A stretch of 64,000 bases of DNA from an uncultured Lentimicrobiaceae bacterium (lineage in GTDB: Bacteria > Bacteroidota > Bacteroidia > Bacteroidales > 4484-276), in the NCBI GenBank assembly GCA_964523795.1, contig CAZGAO010000017.1:15-64014 (forward strand). Direction: 5' to 3'. Both the position numbers and the translations under genes were made by a program. Every line of letters starts with the position of its first letter. Position 1 is the first letter of the stretch. This document shows, one piece after another, positions 26,784 to 36,270 of this stretch. The notes under the pieces are model-generated. The model saw only the letters and a program-made list of their open reading frames with translations, was not told the origin of the DNA and searched no databases.

Positions 26784-28877
26784 CTATTTCAGCCACTTGT
26801 CAAGCCAGGCAAAGAAAGTGCGCTGCCACAGGATTCCGTTTTGTGGTTGAAGCACCCAGTGATTTTCGTCGGGGAAAAACAGAAACTGTGCCGGCACATC
26901 GCGCAGCACTGCCGCATTAAAGGCTGTCATTCCCTGGGTATAAACTACCCTAAAATCCTGCTCACCGTGGATAACCAAAATCGGCGTATCCCAGTTTTGT
27001 ACAAATTTGTGTGGCGAATGTTCGTAAGCTCCCATAGCCACTTTATTGTCGAAATCCCAGAAAGAACCACCCTTATCCCAATTCTCGAACCACATTTCTT
27101 CGGTTTCCAGGTATTGGGCTTCCTCGTTAAAAATACCGTCGTGGGCAATAAATGCGCTGAAGCGACCTTCGTGGTGGCCGGCGAGATAATAAACCGCGTA
27201 ACCGCCGGCACTGGCACCGATAGCACCCAGATTATCAGCATCAACGTAAGGCTCCTTGGCCATAATGTCGATGGCGGTCAGGTAATCCTGCATACTCTTA
27301 CCATGGTAGTCGCCGCTGATCTGCTCCTGCCATGCCTGGCCAAATCCTGAAACACCCCTGCGGTTAGGAGCTACAATGATGTAATCGTTGGCGGCCATAA
27401 TTTGATAATTCCAGCGGAAGTGGAAACTCTGGCTCAACGGACCCTGAGGGCCACCCTTGCAATACAGCAGGGTTGGATATTTTTTTGCGGGATCAAAATC
27501 TGGTGGATAAATAATCCAGGTCAACATGTCTTCGCCATCGTGGGTTTTCATCCAGCGGCCTTCGGTTTCGCCCATTGCAATCTGATCGAGCAGGTCTTTG
27601 TTGGTGAAGGTAATTTGTTTTTCCTCCCCATTAGACGGGTTTACTGCAAAAAGCTCGGTGGGAAACTTCATGGTTTGCTTGCTGCCAATCAGCACATCAC
27701 CGGCCAGGGCAACGCCACGATAATCGTGCAATCCTTCGGTAATTTTACGGATCTTGCCATCGGCAAGGGTGTATTCATAAATCTGAAAAGTACCCTGAAC
27801 ATCGCTGGTAAAATAAATCGACTGGCTGTTGGCAGACCATTGCAGACTTCCGGCGTTTTGGTCGAAGCCTTTGGTAGCATCCGTTTTTTCGCCGGTTTTG
27901 GTATTCATAATAAAAAGCCGGTTTTTGTCCGATTCATAACCATCGCGCTCCATGCTTTCCCAGGCAATGTAGTTTCCATCGGGCGAATAGACAGGGGCAA
28001 TATCGAAACCCATCATGCCTACTGTAAAGTCGGTAGTTTTTCCGGTTTCAAGATCATAAATATAGTTGGCCGAGTTGGTGGATTCGCTGTATTGCTTGCC
28101 TTCCATTTTTTTGCTGGTGTAAACAATCTGCTTGCTGTCAGGGCTCCAGTTAACCTGCTCCATGCCACCCCATGGTTTCATGGGTGCATCCCATGGCTCG
28201 CCGGGCAACAGGTCTTTATGATTACTCAGTTTGTTTCCATCGTAATCGGCAATAAAAACGTGGCTCCAGGTATCGGTCCAGGTGTCCCAATGGCGATACA
28301 TCAGGTCGTCAATCAAGCGTCCGGATGCCTTGTCGAGACCCTTGTAAATATCTTTAAACATATTGTCCACCGCTACTTCTTTGGTATAAACGATCATCGA
28401 CTGATCCGGGGAATACTTGAAGCCGATGATGCCACCTTCGATATCCGAAATTTGCGTGCGTGCCGAGCCATCAGGGTTCACCTCCCACATTTGCATTGTG
28501 CCACTTTCGGCAGTCATAAAACCGATTTTCTTTCCATCGGGACGCCATATTGCATTGTATTCTCCTTTGGCTGTTCGCGTGAGGCGTTTAAAATTGCTGC
28601 CATCCGCACCAATCGAATACAAATCGCGATTGCTTTTGTTTTGCTCAACGCTATAATAACTAACGCCGTAAACAATGGCTTTGCCATCGGGCGAAACTTC
28701 GGGGCCGCTCAAACGTCCCATAGCCCATAAGGCTTCCGGAGTAAGGCGGTCGCCATCGAGTTTAAAATCCTGCTTTTCGATAATTGGAGTCTGTTCCTTG
28801 ACTTCTTCTTGTTGCCCGCAGCTCGCAATAAAAAGGAAGCTGGCGACAAAGAAAATCACTTGCGTAAATTTATTCAT
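26784..28877 (-). CDS. S9 family serine peptidase (prolyl oligopeptidase / DPP-type) lipoprotein
   Basis: Lipobox FIASC; N-terminal beta-propeller-like region; C-terminal alpha/beta hydrolase with GASAGGY nucleophile elbow and HGEQDFRV. Confidence 0.85.
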   Translation of the reverse strand: MNKFTQVIFFVASFLFIASCGQQEEVKEQTPIIEKQDFKLDGDRLTPEALWAMGRLSGPEVSPDGKAIVYGVSYYSVEQNKSNRDLYSIGADGSNFKRLTRTAKGEYNAIWRPDGKKIGFMTAESGTMQMWEVNPDGSARTQISDIEGGIIGFKYSPDQSMIVYTKEVAVDNMFKDIYKGLDKASGRLIDDLMYRHWDTWTDTWSHVFIADYDGNKLSNHKDLLPGEPWDAPMKPWGGMEQVNWSPDSKQIVYTSKKMEGKQYSESTNSANYIYDLETGKTTDFTVGMMGFDIAPVYSPDGNYIAWESMERDGYESDKNRLFIMNTKTGEKTDATKGFDQNAGSLQWSANSQSIYFTSDVQGTFQIYEYTLADGKIRKITEGLHDYRGVALAGDVLIGSKQTMKFPTELFAVNPSNGEEKQITFTNKDLLDQIAMGETEGRWMKTHDGEDMLTWIIYPPDFDPAKKYPTLLYCKGGPQGPLSQSFHFRWNYQIMAANDYIIVAPNRRGVSGFGQAWQEQISGDYHGKSMQDYLTAIDIMAKEPYVDADNLGAIGASAGGYAVYYLAGHHEGRFSAFIAHDGIFNEEAQYLETEEMWFENWDKGGSFWDFDNKVAMGAYEHSPHKFVQNWDTPILVIHGEQDFRVVYTQGMTAFNAAVLRDVPAQFLFFPDENHWVLQPQNGILWQRTFFAWLDKWLK

Positions 28878-28980
28878 AACTATTATGGTTTAAAATGTAT
28901 TAAAAATTTGAAGTTGCGAAAATACAAATAATCATCAATACCCGCCATATCAGGCTTACAATCCTTATCCGGCAGAGCAA

Positions 28981-29091
28981 ATTCACGGGGTAACTGAACT
29001 CAGATTGCAAGTCACCCCGTGAATCCTTACTAAGCACAAAGCATGATTTTATACTACGCACTACTGCTAAAGGTAATTCACGGGGTGACTA
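28981..29091. repeat. attcacggggt-type hairpin plus a third direct copy
   Basis: attcacggggtaact (28981-28995) / agtcaccccgtgaat (29010-29024). aggtaattcacggggtgacta at 29071-29091 matches 26458-26478 with 2 differences. Confidence 0.75.
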
Positions 29092-29126
29092 AACTCGTGG
29101 CAAAAACAACTATATTTTCCATTTTC

Positions 29127-29265
29127 AAACCTTCATTAAAAAATGTTCTTACGACTTAAAATAACCTTACCTTATTTTTTATTTTAGAAAAGAATAAGGT
29201 AAGGTTATGTAGTGCGTTGGGCTTGGATTTTCTATGAAGGTTTTTTGGTGATGATAAGGTTTCTA
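29127..29265 (+). repeat. nested double-hairpin element, copy 2
   Basis: Outer stem aaaccttcat (29127-29136) / atgaaggttt (29234-29243). Inner perfect 16-bp stem ataaccttaccttatt / aataaggtaaggttat (29161-29208). Tail ggcttggattttctatgaaggttttttggtgatgataaggtttct matches the reverse complement of 5711-5755. Confidence 0.75.
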
Positions 29266-29329
29266 TTTTTAAGGATAGAAAGTTGAGGCCTACCACTGCC
29301 TTTCGAGCGTCCGCAGGGCCTCGAAACGT

Positions 29330-29960
29330 CAAGGAATTTCTTGTTTTTTAAAACAAAACGGAAACCGAATCTTTCGATTGGGTTCCCGCTCGCTCAAGCT
29401 TGCCGTAGCAAACCGTTCACGTCAAGTTACTGTTATTATGGTTGTTCACTTTTGAAGACCTTTGCAGGATTTCGTTTATGAACCTGATCTGGTTGGGTAG
29501 GCCGTAAACGGATTTCCGTAGCCAAATCGCAGTTTGTTGTGCCGACAGTCAAATGCTGAAGTTCCGTAAAACCGGGTTTGAATGCCGCGATACCAGCAAT
29601 GTATTTTTCAATATCATCGGGATCTTTTCTTGCGAAAAGTCCCAGGCTGGTATGCTGGTTCTTTGCAAATCATCAGAAATCTCTTGCACCTGGATGCGTC
29701 ATTTTCCTGATGTCCTTGATGATTGCATCCTTGCGGTTGCTCCGGGCTTTTAACGTCCCTTTGCGGCATTCGTGAAAACGCCGCAATCATCAGGCAAAGT
29801 TTCAAAGAACTGGTGATTTTTCAAACCGACAAACTAATGTGCGGTCTTCGTTCTCACCCGGGATGCCCGAAAAGTAATCTTGCGAAATGCTTTTCTTCTT
29901 TCCCCTGGCTCAACAAGCTCACCTTTTATCGCTCGCTTGATGCAACAAATATACGGCGAA
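29330..29960 (-). pseudogene. decayed gene remnant, family unknown
   Basis: The minus strand gives protein-like stretches in shifting frames, broken by stops and frameshifts: IKRAIKGELVEPGERRKAFRKITF...TAH*FVGLKNHQFFETLPDDCGVFTNAAKG; TLKARSNRKDAIIKDIRKM; DDIEKYIAGIAAFKPGFTELQHLTVGTTNCDLATEIRL. No intact ORF on either strand. Confidence 0.35.
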
Positions 29961-30102
29961 AAACAAGCCGAAAGCAAGATTTTACTTGCTTTGTAATTCA
30001 CAGTTTATCAACGGGTTTTATCAACAAGTGTTGAAAACTCATAAAGCCCTAAGGGGGTAAGATTTGTGATAGTTTTATATAAAAAACCTTATTCACAATT
30101 TG

Positions 30103-31281
30103 TTAATAAGTGGCAAGTAGGCTTTCCAGATAATGATTTTCGATACCAAAGGTGGTTTTCAGTTGGACAATTTCCTGGGCGATCCGGTCAGTGTTAATCT
30201 TTTTACTGGTTTTTGTGGCAACGATCATCACGTTTTTTGGCGTGTGTTCGCTCGATACAAATTCCAGGGTTTTTACCTGGTAGCCGTGTTTTTCGAGGAT
30301 CAGTCCGCGAATGCCATCGGTGAGCAGCTCGGCCTGCCTTTCGAAATAGATGCCATGTTTTAGGATAGGCTTCAGCAGTTTGCCAGGGTTCATGGCTTTG
30401 CGTACTTGCTTGTGGCAGCATGGAGCAACCACGATGTATGAGGCATTGGCTCTGATGCCTTTAAAAATTGCATCATCGGTGGCGGTGTCGCAGGCATGAA
30501 GGGCGATGAGCATATCGATATTTTCCAGTTTATGATCCTGGATGCTGTTTTTTACAAAACTCAGCTTATCAAAACCATTATCCCTGGCAATGGTGTTGCA
30601 TTGATTTACCAATTCTTCACGAAGCTCAACGCCGGAAATTTCCGCTTGTACCTCGCGGTTATTTTTTAAATGATCGTAAAGTGCAAAGGTGAGGTAGCCC
30701 TTGCCCGATCCCATATCGGTCACTCGAAAATCTTTGTCAGCAGGCAAAACTTCCGGCAGGATGCTATCGATGATTTCGACAAACTTATTGATTTGTCTGA
30801 ATTTGCTGTTCATCTTCGGCATGACAACAAAATCTTCGGTGGTGATACCCAGTTGGTGCAAATACAATTTGCCCTCGGGCTGGATAAGGCGGCGTTTGAT
30901 TTTATCGTGCGAGAAGCTTTGCAGCAGTGGCGAGGAAGCAGGACTGGTTTTCAAAATAAGTTTACCTTTTTTACTTTTCATTAACTGGGCATCCTTTTTT
31001 TGTGCAAAAAAATTGGCTTGCAAAAAGTGCTGATCGATGAGTTCCCTGATTTGTTCGATGCCTTCGGCGATCTCAAAGTTTTTGGTAATATCCTTGCTTT
31101 GATGCCGATAGACAAACGAAAGTTTTTCGCCCTGGCCAAGTGCAACCGGGCTGATATACACATTTTTGAGCTCGGCATTTTTTTGCACCGCTTTGCCCAG
31201 GCTAATCTTAATCAATGTTTTCCCAAGGAAATTATCCCGGACCAAATCCAAAAAATCCTCGAGTGCTTTGGTTTCATTCAT
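30103..31281 (-). CDS. class I SAM-dependent methyltransferase
   Basis: Motif I VTDMGSGKGYLTFALY and post-I/II region IDMLIALHACDTATD; 392 aa. Confidence 0.75.
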   Translation of the reverse strand: MNETKALEDFLDLVRDNFLGKTLIKISLGKAVQKNAELKNVYISPVALGQGEKLSFVYRHQSKDITKNFEIAEGIEQIRELIDQHFLQANFFAQKKDAQLMKSKKGKLILKTSPASSPLLQSFSHDKIKRRLIQPEGKLYLHQLGITTEDFVVMPKMNSKFRQINKFVEIIDSILPEVLPADKDFRVTDMGSGKGYLTFALYDHLKNNREVQAEISGVELREELVNQCNTIARDNGFDKLSFVKNSIQDHKLENIDMLIALHACDTATDDAIFKGIRANASYIVVAPCCHKQVRKAMNPGKLLKPILKHGIYFERQAELLTDGIRGLILEKHGYQVKTLEFVSSEHTPKNVMIVATKTSKKINTDRIAQEIVQLKTTFGIENHYLESLLATY

Positions 31282-31374
31282 GTGTTTTGCTTATGTGGCG
31301 GCAAAGCTAATCATTATCAAAGTATGCTAATTTTGTTAATTACGGCGATTTCGGTCTTCACGAAAACACTACTA

Positions 31375-31790
31375 TGATCCGTGCCCCTTTGCAGAGCTTG
31401 CTTCAGGTGCCGGTATTATATTTCTTCGGTACCTCCCGCTTAACAGTAAGGCTGCTGACGCTTTTGTGGGTTTTTGGCATTTTGCTGGTTTTCTTTTTTT
31501 ATCCAAATTCATCCAAACTCACAAAATTAAATTTGCCCTCATTTTTGCTTTGACGGTTTTTGTGGCCTGGAGCTTTAAAATCCAGTACGCTTATTTTATA
31601 GCCATTCCATCGGTTGTTGTTTTTATTAATTCGCTACTGAGGAAAAAACGTGAAGGCATTTCAACAAAAGAGGCCTTCGGTGATTTAGGCATTTCTACCG
31701 CTTTCTTGCTGGCTTTTGCAGTGCTGTATTATTTGATTTGGTATTTGCCCAATAAGGGTTTTTATGATCTGATTATAATGATCCAACAAC
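31375..31790 (+). pseudogene. fragment of a polytopic membrane glycosyltransferase-like gene (ArnT/PMT-like), frameshifted
   Basis: MIRAPLQSLLQVPVLYFFGTSRLTVRLLTLLWVFGILLVFFF (from the ATG at 31375) continues in another frame, after the T-run near 31493-31503, as LSKFIQTHKIKFALIFALTVFVAWSF...AFLLAFAVLYYLIWYLPNKGF. There is no N- or C-terminal catalytic part. The tail of track ORF 31466-31948 has a non-protein-like composition. Confidence 0.3.
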
Positions 31791-32016
31791 ATTTTTTACG
31801 GAGCACAAACTGCATATCATCATCGCCGAACCCAACGAAGGCTCCTGCGGGCAGTTCTTCAAAAACAACGGCTACGGCCTCAAAAGGATGTAGGATTCGC
31901 TGCGCTATTTCGATGCCTGGCGTTAGGACTGTGAAATATTTTGGTTGAAAAATACTGCAGGAATCATGGGCGAACCATAAGTTTTATATTTTTACCGAAA
32001 CTAAACAAACACGAAA

Positions 32017-32763
32017 ATGAATTTTGAAGCTTTCTTTAAACTAACTTACGGTTTGTACATCCTGAGCTCGAAGGATGGCGACCGCTTTAACGGACACATT
32101 TCCAACACTGTTTTTCAGGTTACCGCCCAGCCACCACGCATAGCCGTGGCCAGCCATCGCGATAACCTTACCAGCGACTTTATAAAAAACAGCAAGGTAT
32201 TTTCGGTATCGTCCCTGCAAAAAGACAATTCGCTCGATTTTATGGGACCCTGGGGTTTTAAGAGCGGCAGAGAAATTGACAAGTTTGAAAAGGTGGCGCA
32301 TAAAATTGGAAAAACCGGCGTGCCCATTGTTACCGAAAACTGCATAGCCTGGTACGAATGCGAGGTTGAGGAAATCATCGAGATTGGCACCCATATCTTG
32401 TTTATCGGCAAAGTAGTGGATTTAGATGTTTTGGATAAGGATAAAGAGCCGCTCACCTACGATCATTATCGCTATTCGATCAAAGGCGTTTCTCCGCAAA
32501 ACTCTCCTACCTACCTTGGCGAAGCCAAAACAGACCACCATCTTGAGGAAAAAGTGGAAGCCATTGCTGATAAAACAAAGGCGAAGCAGGCAGCAGCCGA
32601 TATGAAAAAATATCGGTGTACGATCTGCGGCCATATTTACGATCCTGCCGAAGGCGACCCACCTGCAGGAATTGCGCCAGGCACAGCCTTCGAGGATATT
32701 CCCGACGACTGGACCTGCCCGATATGCGGCGTTACCAAAGCGGATTTTATTCCTTACGATTAA
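32017..32763 (+). CDS. flavin reductase-like domain fused to C-terminal rubredoxin (high-molecular-weight rubredoxin type)
   Basis: N-terminal flavin-reductase fold ([34 protein letters not shown]). C-terminal [40 protein letters not shown] has two CxxC pairs, as in rubredoxin. Confidence 0.85.
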   Translation: MNFEAFFKLTYGLYILSSKDGDRFNGHISNTVFQVTAQPPRIAVASHRDNLTSDFIKNSKVFSVSSLQKDNSLDFMGPWGFKSGREIDKFEKVAHKIGKTGVPIVTENCIAWYECEVEEIIEIGTHILFIGKVVDLDVLDKDKEPLTYDHYRYSIKGVSPQNSPTYLGEAKTDHHLEEKVEAIADKTKAKQAAADMKKYRCTICGHIYDPAEGDPPAGIAPGTAFEDIPDDWTCPICGVTKADFIPYD

Positions 32764-32770
32764 ATAAAAA

Positions 32771-32802
32771 AGCCTCCCAAAAATTTGGGAGGCTTTTTTT
32801 TA
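32771..32802 (+). terminator. rho-independent terminator
   Basis: agcctccca-aaaatt-tgggaggct followed by T8. Lies between convergent genes. Confidence 0.7.
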
Positions 32803-32833
32803 TTCTGCTATTTTTCTAATTGCTGGCCATTCC

Positions 32834-33523
32834 TTAGTTAAGCTTTGCGGCAAGCTGAATGGTCAATCCAATTTCATCGTTGATAAATTTATCTTTGAGG
32901 TCATCAAAGAAAGAGCGCGAGCCGTATTGAATATTCCACTGGGCACGGTCAATAAAAAATTGATTGGTGTTTGCCTTAATCCAGTCATCCATCACCGCAA
33001 CTTTTGCATTAAAGCTGATGCTTTTGGTGATGTCTTTCATGGTTAGATTTCCGGTGATGGTGTGTGTGGGAATGATATCTCCCTTTTCCTTAGTCTTATC
33101 AATCGCTGAGGCATCAACGGCTTGAACATCGGTAATTACAAATTTGGCCTTAGGGAAGGTAGCGACATCAAAAAAGTCGGCTGAATTGAGGTGGCCGGTC
33201 AGCTTTCCGTTTTGATCGGCATCCTCGATGTCGGTAACCACAATCGTTTTCATGTCGATGTTAAAGCTACCGCCGATAAGCTGACCGTCTCTGGTTTCCA
33301 GTTTACCATTGTTAATTTGGATGGTTCCATCGTGCGTTCCGGTGGGTTTGTATCCCTCCCAACGGATGGTGCTGGTCTTGGTATCGGCCAGGTATGCCTG
33401 GTCGAAACTACCGGTTTTTACTTCTTTGGCATCGGTGGCCTTTGTTTTTTCGCCGCCCGAGGTGCAAGCCGTGGCAAAGGCCAGGGCTACAAAGGCTATT
33501 AATAATACTGCTTGATTCTTCAT
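32834..33523 (-). CDS. YceI family lipoprotein
   Basis: Lipobox FATAC. STIRWEGYKPTGTHDGTI, GGSFNIDMKTI, LTGHLNSADFFDVATFPKAKF and HTITGNLTMKDITKSISF are the YceI pattern. Confidence 0.8.
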   Translation of the reverse strand: MKNQAVLLIAFVALAFATACTSGGEKTKATDAKEVKTGSFDQAYLADTKTSTIRWEGYKPTGTHDGTIQINNGKLETRDGQLIGGSFNIDMKTIVVTDIEDADQNGKLTGHLNSADFFDVATFPKAKFVITDVQAVDASAIDKTKEKGDIIPTHTITGNLTMKDITKSISFNAKVAVMDDWIKANTNQFFIDRAQWNIQYGSRSFFDDLKDKFINDEIGLTIQLAAKLN

Positions 33524-33612
33524 GTTTATAGATATTTGTTTAAATGTACCACCATAACTTTAAACAGCGCGACTTGTTCAGGTACAAACATTAAAAATTC
33601 TTAACGAGCCAA

Positions 33613-33645
33613 AGTCATAGTATGGCTCCAAGCCATGCTATGACT
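33613..33645. repeat. palindromic element agtcatagtatggct-ccaa-agccatgctatgact
   Basis: 15-bp arms with one mismatch, in a divergent promoter region. Same family as 6393-6425. Confidence 0.7.
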
Positions 33646-33732
33646 CTATGCTGTTGATACAGAAAAACAGCTATTGTATTTCGGAAGAAAGTATATTTTT
33701 GCTTTTTAAAATTTTTACAAAACTAGTTATAC

Positions 33733-35205
33733 ATGGAAGCATACTTTGCTCGATTCAGAAATAATATTGTTGGAATCGACCAGCACTTTGATTCGCCTTA
33801 CGGGAAGCAGAAAATCGTTTATGGCGACTGGATTGCCAGCGGGCGTTTGTACCATCCCATCGAAGAAATCATCATCAACCGCTTTGGTCCTTTTGTGGCC
33901 AATACGCACACCGAAACCAGCGAAACCGGCACCTTGATGACCAAGGCCTACCACCTGGCTCACCAAAAAATTAAAGATCATGTAAACGCCGGCTTCGATG
34001 ATGTGATCATTACCGCAGGTTCGGGTATGACCACAGTGGTAAATAAGTTTCAACGGATTCTCGGCTTTCGCACCATACAAAAAATAGAGGCTTCCGATTG
34101 CTTAAAGGAGGAGGAACGACCAGTGGTTTTTATCACCCACATGGAGCATCATTCCAATCACACCTCCTGGCTCGAAACCACCGCCGATGTTGTACAACTC
34201 AAACCCGACAAAGATTTACTGGTCGATCCTGCCGAGTTGCAGCGCGAACTGGATAAATATAAAAACCGGATCATGAAGATTGGTTCGTTTACGGCCTGCT
34301 CTAATGTTACCGGTGTATCCACGCCCTATCATGAGCTGGCTAAGATTATGCACCAAAACGGGGGTTTATGTTTTATCGATTTTGCAGCTTCGGCTCCCTA
34401 CGTTGACATGAACATGCACCCCACAGATCCGCTGATGGCTCTGGATGCCATTATGTTTTCGCCCCATAAGTTTTTGGGAGGTCCGGGCAGCTCGGGGGTA
34501 CTTATCTTTAATTCAAAAATTTACAAGGCCGGTCAGCGACCTGATAATCCCGGCGGTGGCACGGTGGACTGGACCAATCCCTGGGGCGATTTTAAGTACA
34601 TCGACGATATCGAAGCCCGCGAGGATGGCGGGACACCCGGATTTTTGCAGGCTATAAAAACCGCGCTGAGCATCGAGTTGAAAAACCAGATGGGCGTGGA
34701 GGCAATCGAAAAACGTGAAAAGGAACTGGTGGACATCGTTTTTGAAGAATTGTCGAAAATTCCAAATCTTCATATTCTGGCTAACAATGTTAAAAACCGT
34801 TTGGGTGTAATCTCTTTTTACATCGATGATATCCATTTTAACATGGTGGTAAAAATGCTCAACGATAAATTTGGCGTTCAGGTGAGAGGCGGATGCGCCT
34901 GCGCCGGAACCTACGGCCACTTTTTGCTGGACGTGAGCTACGACACTTCGCGCGAAATTACTGAACTGATCAACCACGGCGACCTATCGAAAAAGCCCGG
35001 TTGGATCAGGCTTTCGCTACATCCCACGATGGCCAACGATGAGCTTTATTTTACCATCAATGCCATCAGCCAGGTGCAGCAAAATCATACAGAGTGGAGC
35101 AAGGATTATATCTATAATAATAAAACCAACGAATTCAGACATAAAAACGAACCCAAGGATAAAACCAGCCTGGTTGAACCCTGGTTTCGTCTGGAGGAAG
35201 TTTAG
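33733..35205 (+). CDS. aminotransferase class V-fold PLP-dependent enzyme (cysteine desulfurase / selenocysteine lyase-like)
   Basis: ITHMEHHSN, FIDFAASAPY and FSPHKFLGGPGSSGVLIF (PLP lysine); 490 aa. Confidence 0.75.
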   Translation: MEAYFARFRNNIVGIDQHFDSPYGKQKIVYGDWIASGRLYHPIEEIIINRFGPFVANTHTETSETGTLMTKAYHLAHQKIKDHVNAGFDDVIITAGSGMTTVVNKFQRILGFRTIQKIEASDCLKEEERPVVFITHMEHHSNHTSWLETTADVVQLKPDKDLLVDPAELQRELDKYKNRIMKIGSFTACSNVTGVSTPYHELAKIMHQNGGLCFIDFAASAPYVDMNMHPTDPLMALDAIMFSPHKFLGGPGSSGVLIFNSKIYKAGQRPDNPGGGTVDWTNPWGDFKYIDDIEAREDGGTPGFLQAIKTALSIELKNQMGVEAIEKREKELVDIVFEELSKIPNLHILANNVKNRLGVISFYIDDIHFNMVVKMLNDKFGVQVRGGCACAGTYGHFLLDVSYDTSREITELINHGDLSKKPGWIRLSLHPTMANDELYFTINAISQVQQNHTEWSKDYIYNNKTNEFRHKNEPKDKTSLVEPWFRLEEV

Positions 35206-35240
35206 CACAGGATCTAAAAACCTTCTACCCGCAAAATAAA

Positions 35241-35271
35241 AGGGGAAGCCAATGGTTTCCCCTTTTTTTTT
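35241..35271 (+). terminator. rho-independent terminator
   Basis: aggggaa-gccaatggt-ttcccct followed by T9. Confidence 0.65.
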
Positions 35272-35444
35272 ATCAATAGTGCCCAATTAAAATTGAATTT
35301 ACGGATTATTTAAAATCCTTTCCATCATCAAAATAACAGGCTCAACCCTGAATTTATCGCGTTCAGCAAGTTCTGTTTTTTCTGCCGAAACTTGACGCAT
35401 ACTTTTGCTTCATCAATTTTTATTAACAATTAAAAAGTTTTAAG

Positions 35445-36032
35445 ATGAAAACAAGAGGTTTATTAGTACTAACAATGCTTGTACTACTTTCATTAAGTAG
35501 TACTGCTCAGCAAAACGAAAAACGATTTGGCTTCGAACTAAGCACTGGCGCATCAGTGGCTACAAACAAATTAAGCGGAGTAGAGCTAAAGCCCGGTTTT
35601 GGCTTTGAAGGAATCTTGCATTACCGTTTCATGCCTCATTTAGGTGTTTATGCCGGATGGGGTTGGAACCGCTTTGGTGCCGATGATTCATTTGCCGGCG
35701 ATGATGTATGTTTTGAGGAAACCGGATATGTATTCGGCTTGGAATTTAAACATCCAATAACACAATTGCCACTTGCTTATTATGTGAGAGGTGGCGCGCT
35801 GTATAATCACATCGAAACCGAAAATGCAGATGGTGATATTATCAACGACAGCCAACATGGTCTCGGTTTCCAGATTGCCGGAGGTGTGGATATCAATCTT
35901 GGATCAAACTGGAGTTTAACCCCGGGTGTCAAATTCAATTCCCTTTCGAGAGATACTGAATTTGAAGGGATTTCAAAACAGTTTGATTTAAACTACATTT
36001 CTATTCGGCTTGGAATTCTTAAGAAATTCTAA
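35445..36032 (+). CDS. outer-membrane beta-barrel protein (OmpW/porin-like)
   Basis: Signal peptide ending SSTAQ; alternating beta-strand pattern; C-terminal ...LGILKKF. Confidence 0.7.
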   Translation: MKTRGLLVLTMLVLLSLSSTAQQNEKRFGFELSTGASVATNKLSGVELKPGFGFEGILHYRFMPHLGVYAGWGWNRFGADDSFAGDDVCFEETGYVFGLEFKHPITQLPLAYYVRGGALYNHIETENADGDIINDSQHGLGFQIAGGVDINLGSNWSLTPGVKFNSLSRDTEFEGISKQFDLNYISIRLGILKKF

Positions 36033-36270
36033 ATCAAAAACTAGCCTAAGCTGTGATCACGATATTGTTGAGCAAGAATGTTTCCTTGATAAATATCAAA
36101 GTCATAGCTTAGGCTATTCAATCACTTGATAGTTTGTTAATCAGCAAAATACTTAATTTCAAAAATGGATATTGGAAATTGAAATATTCCTGTATTCAGA
36201 GCTCAGGACAAATCGATTTACACCTGAGCTATTGAGGTGATGTATTTTTGCATATTTTTGATTTTTAATT

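Noticed and set aside
27402-28730. 442-aa ORF on the plus strand
   Set aside because: Entirely antisense to the S9 peptidase gene, which has a lipobox and the GxSxGG catalytic motif. Its translation is low-complexity and Gly/Ile/Phe-rich with no motifs. It is a shadow ORF.
29985-30035. DnaA-box-like words (ttatcaacg, ttatcaaca) suggesting an origin
   Set aside because: Only two imperfect boxes are present. There is no AT-rich unwinding element pattern and no dnaA or dnaN nearby.
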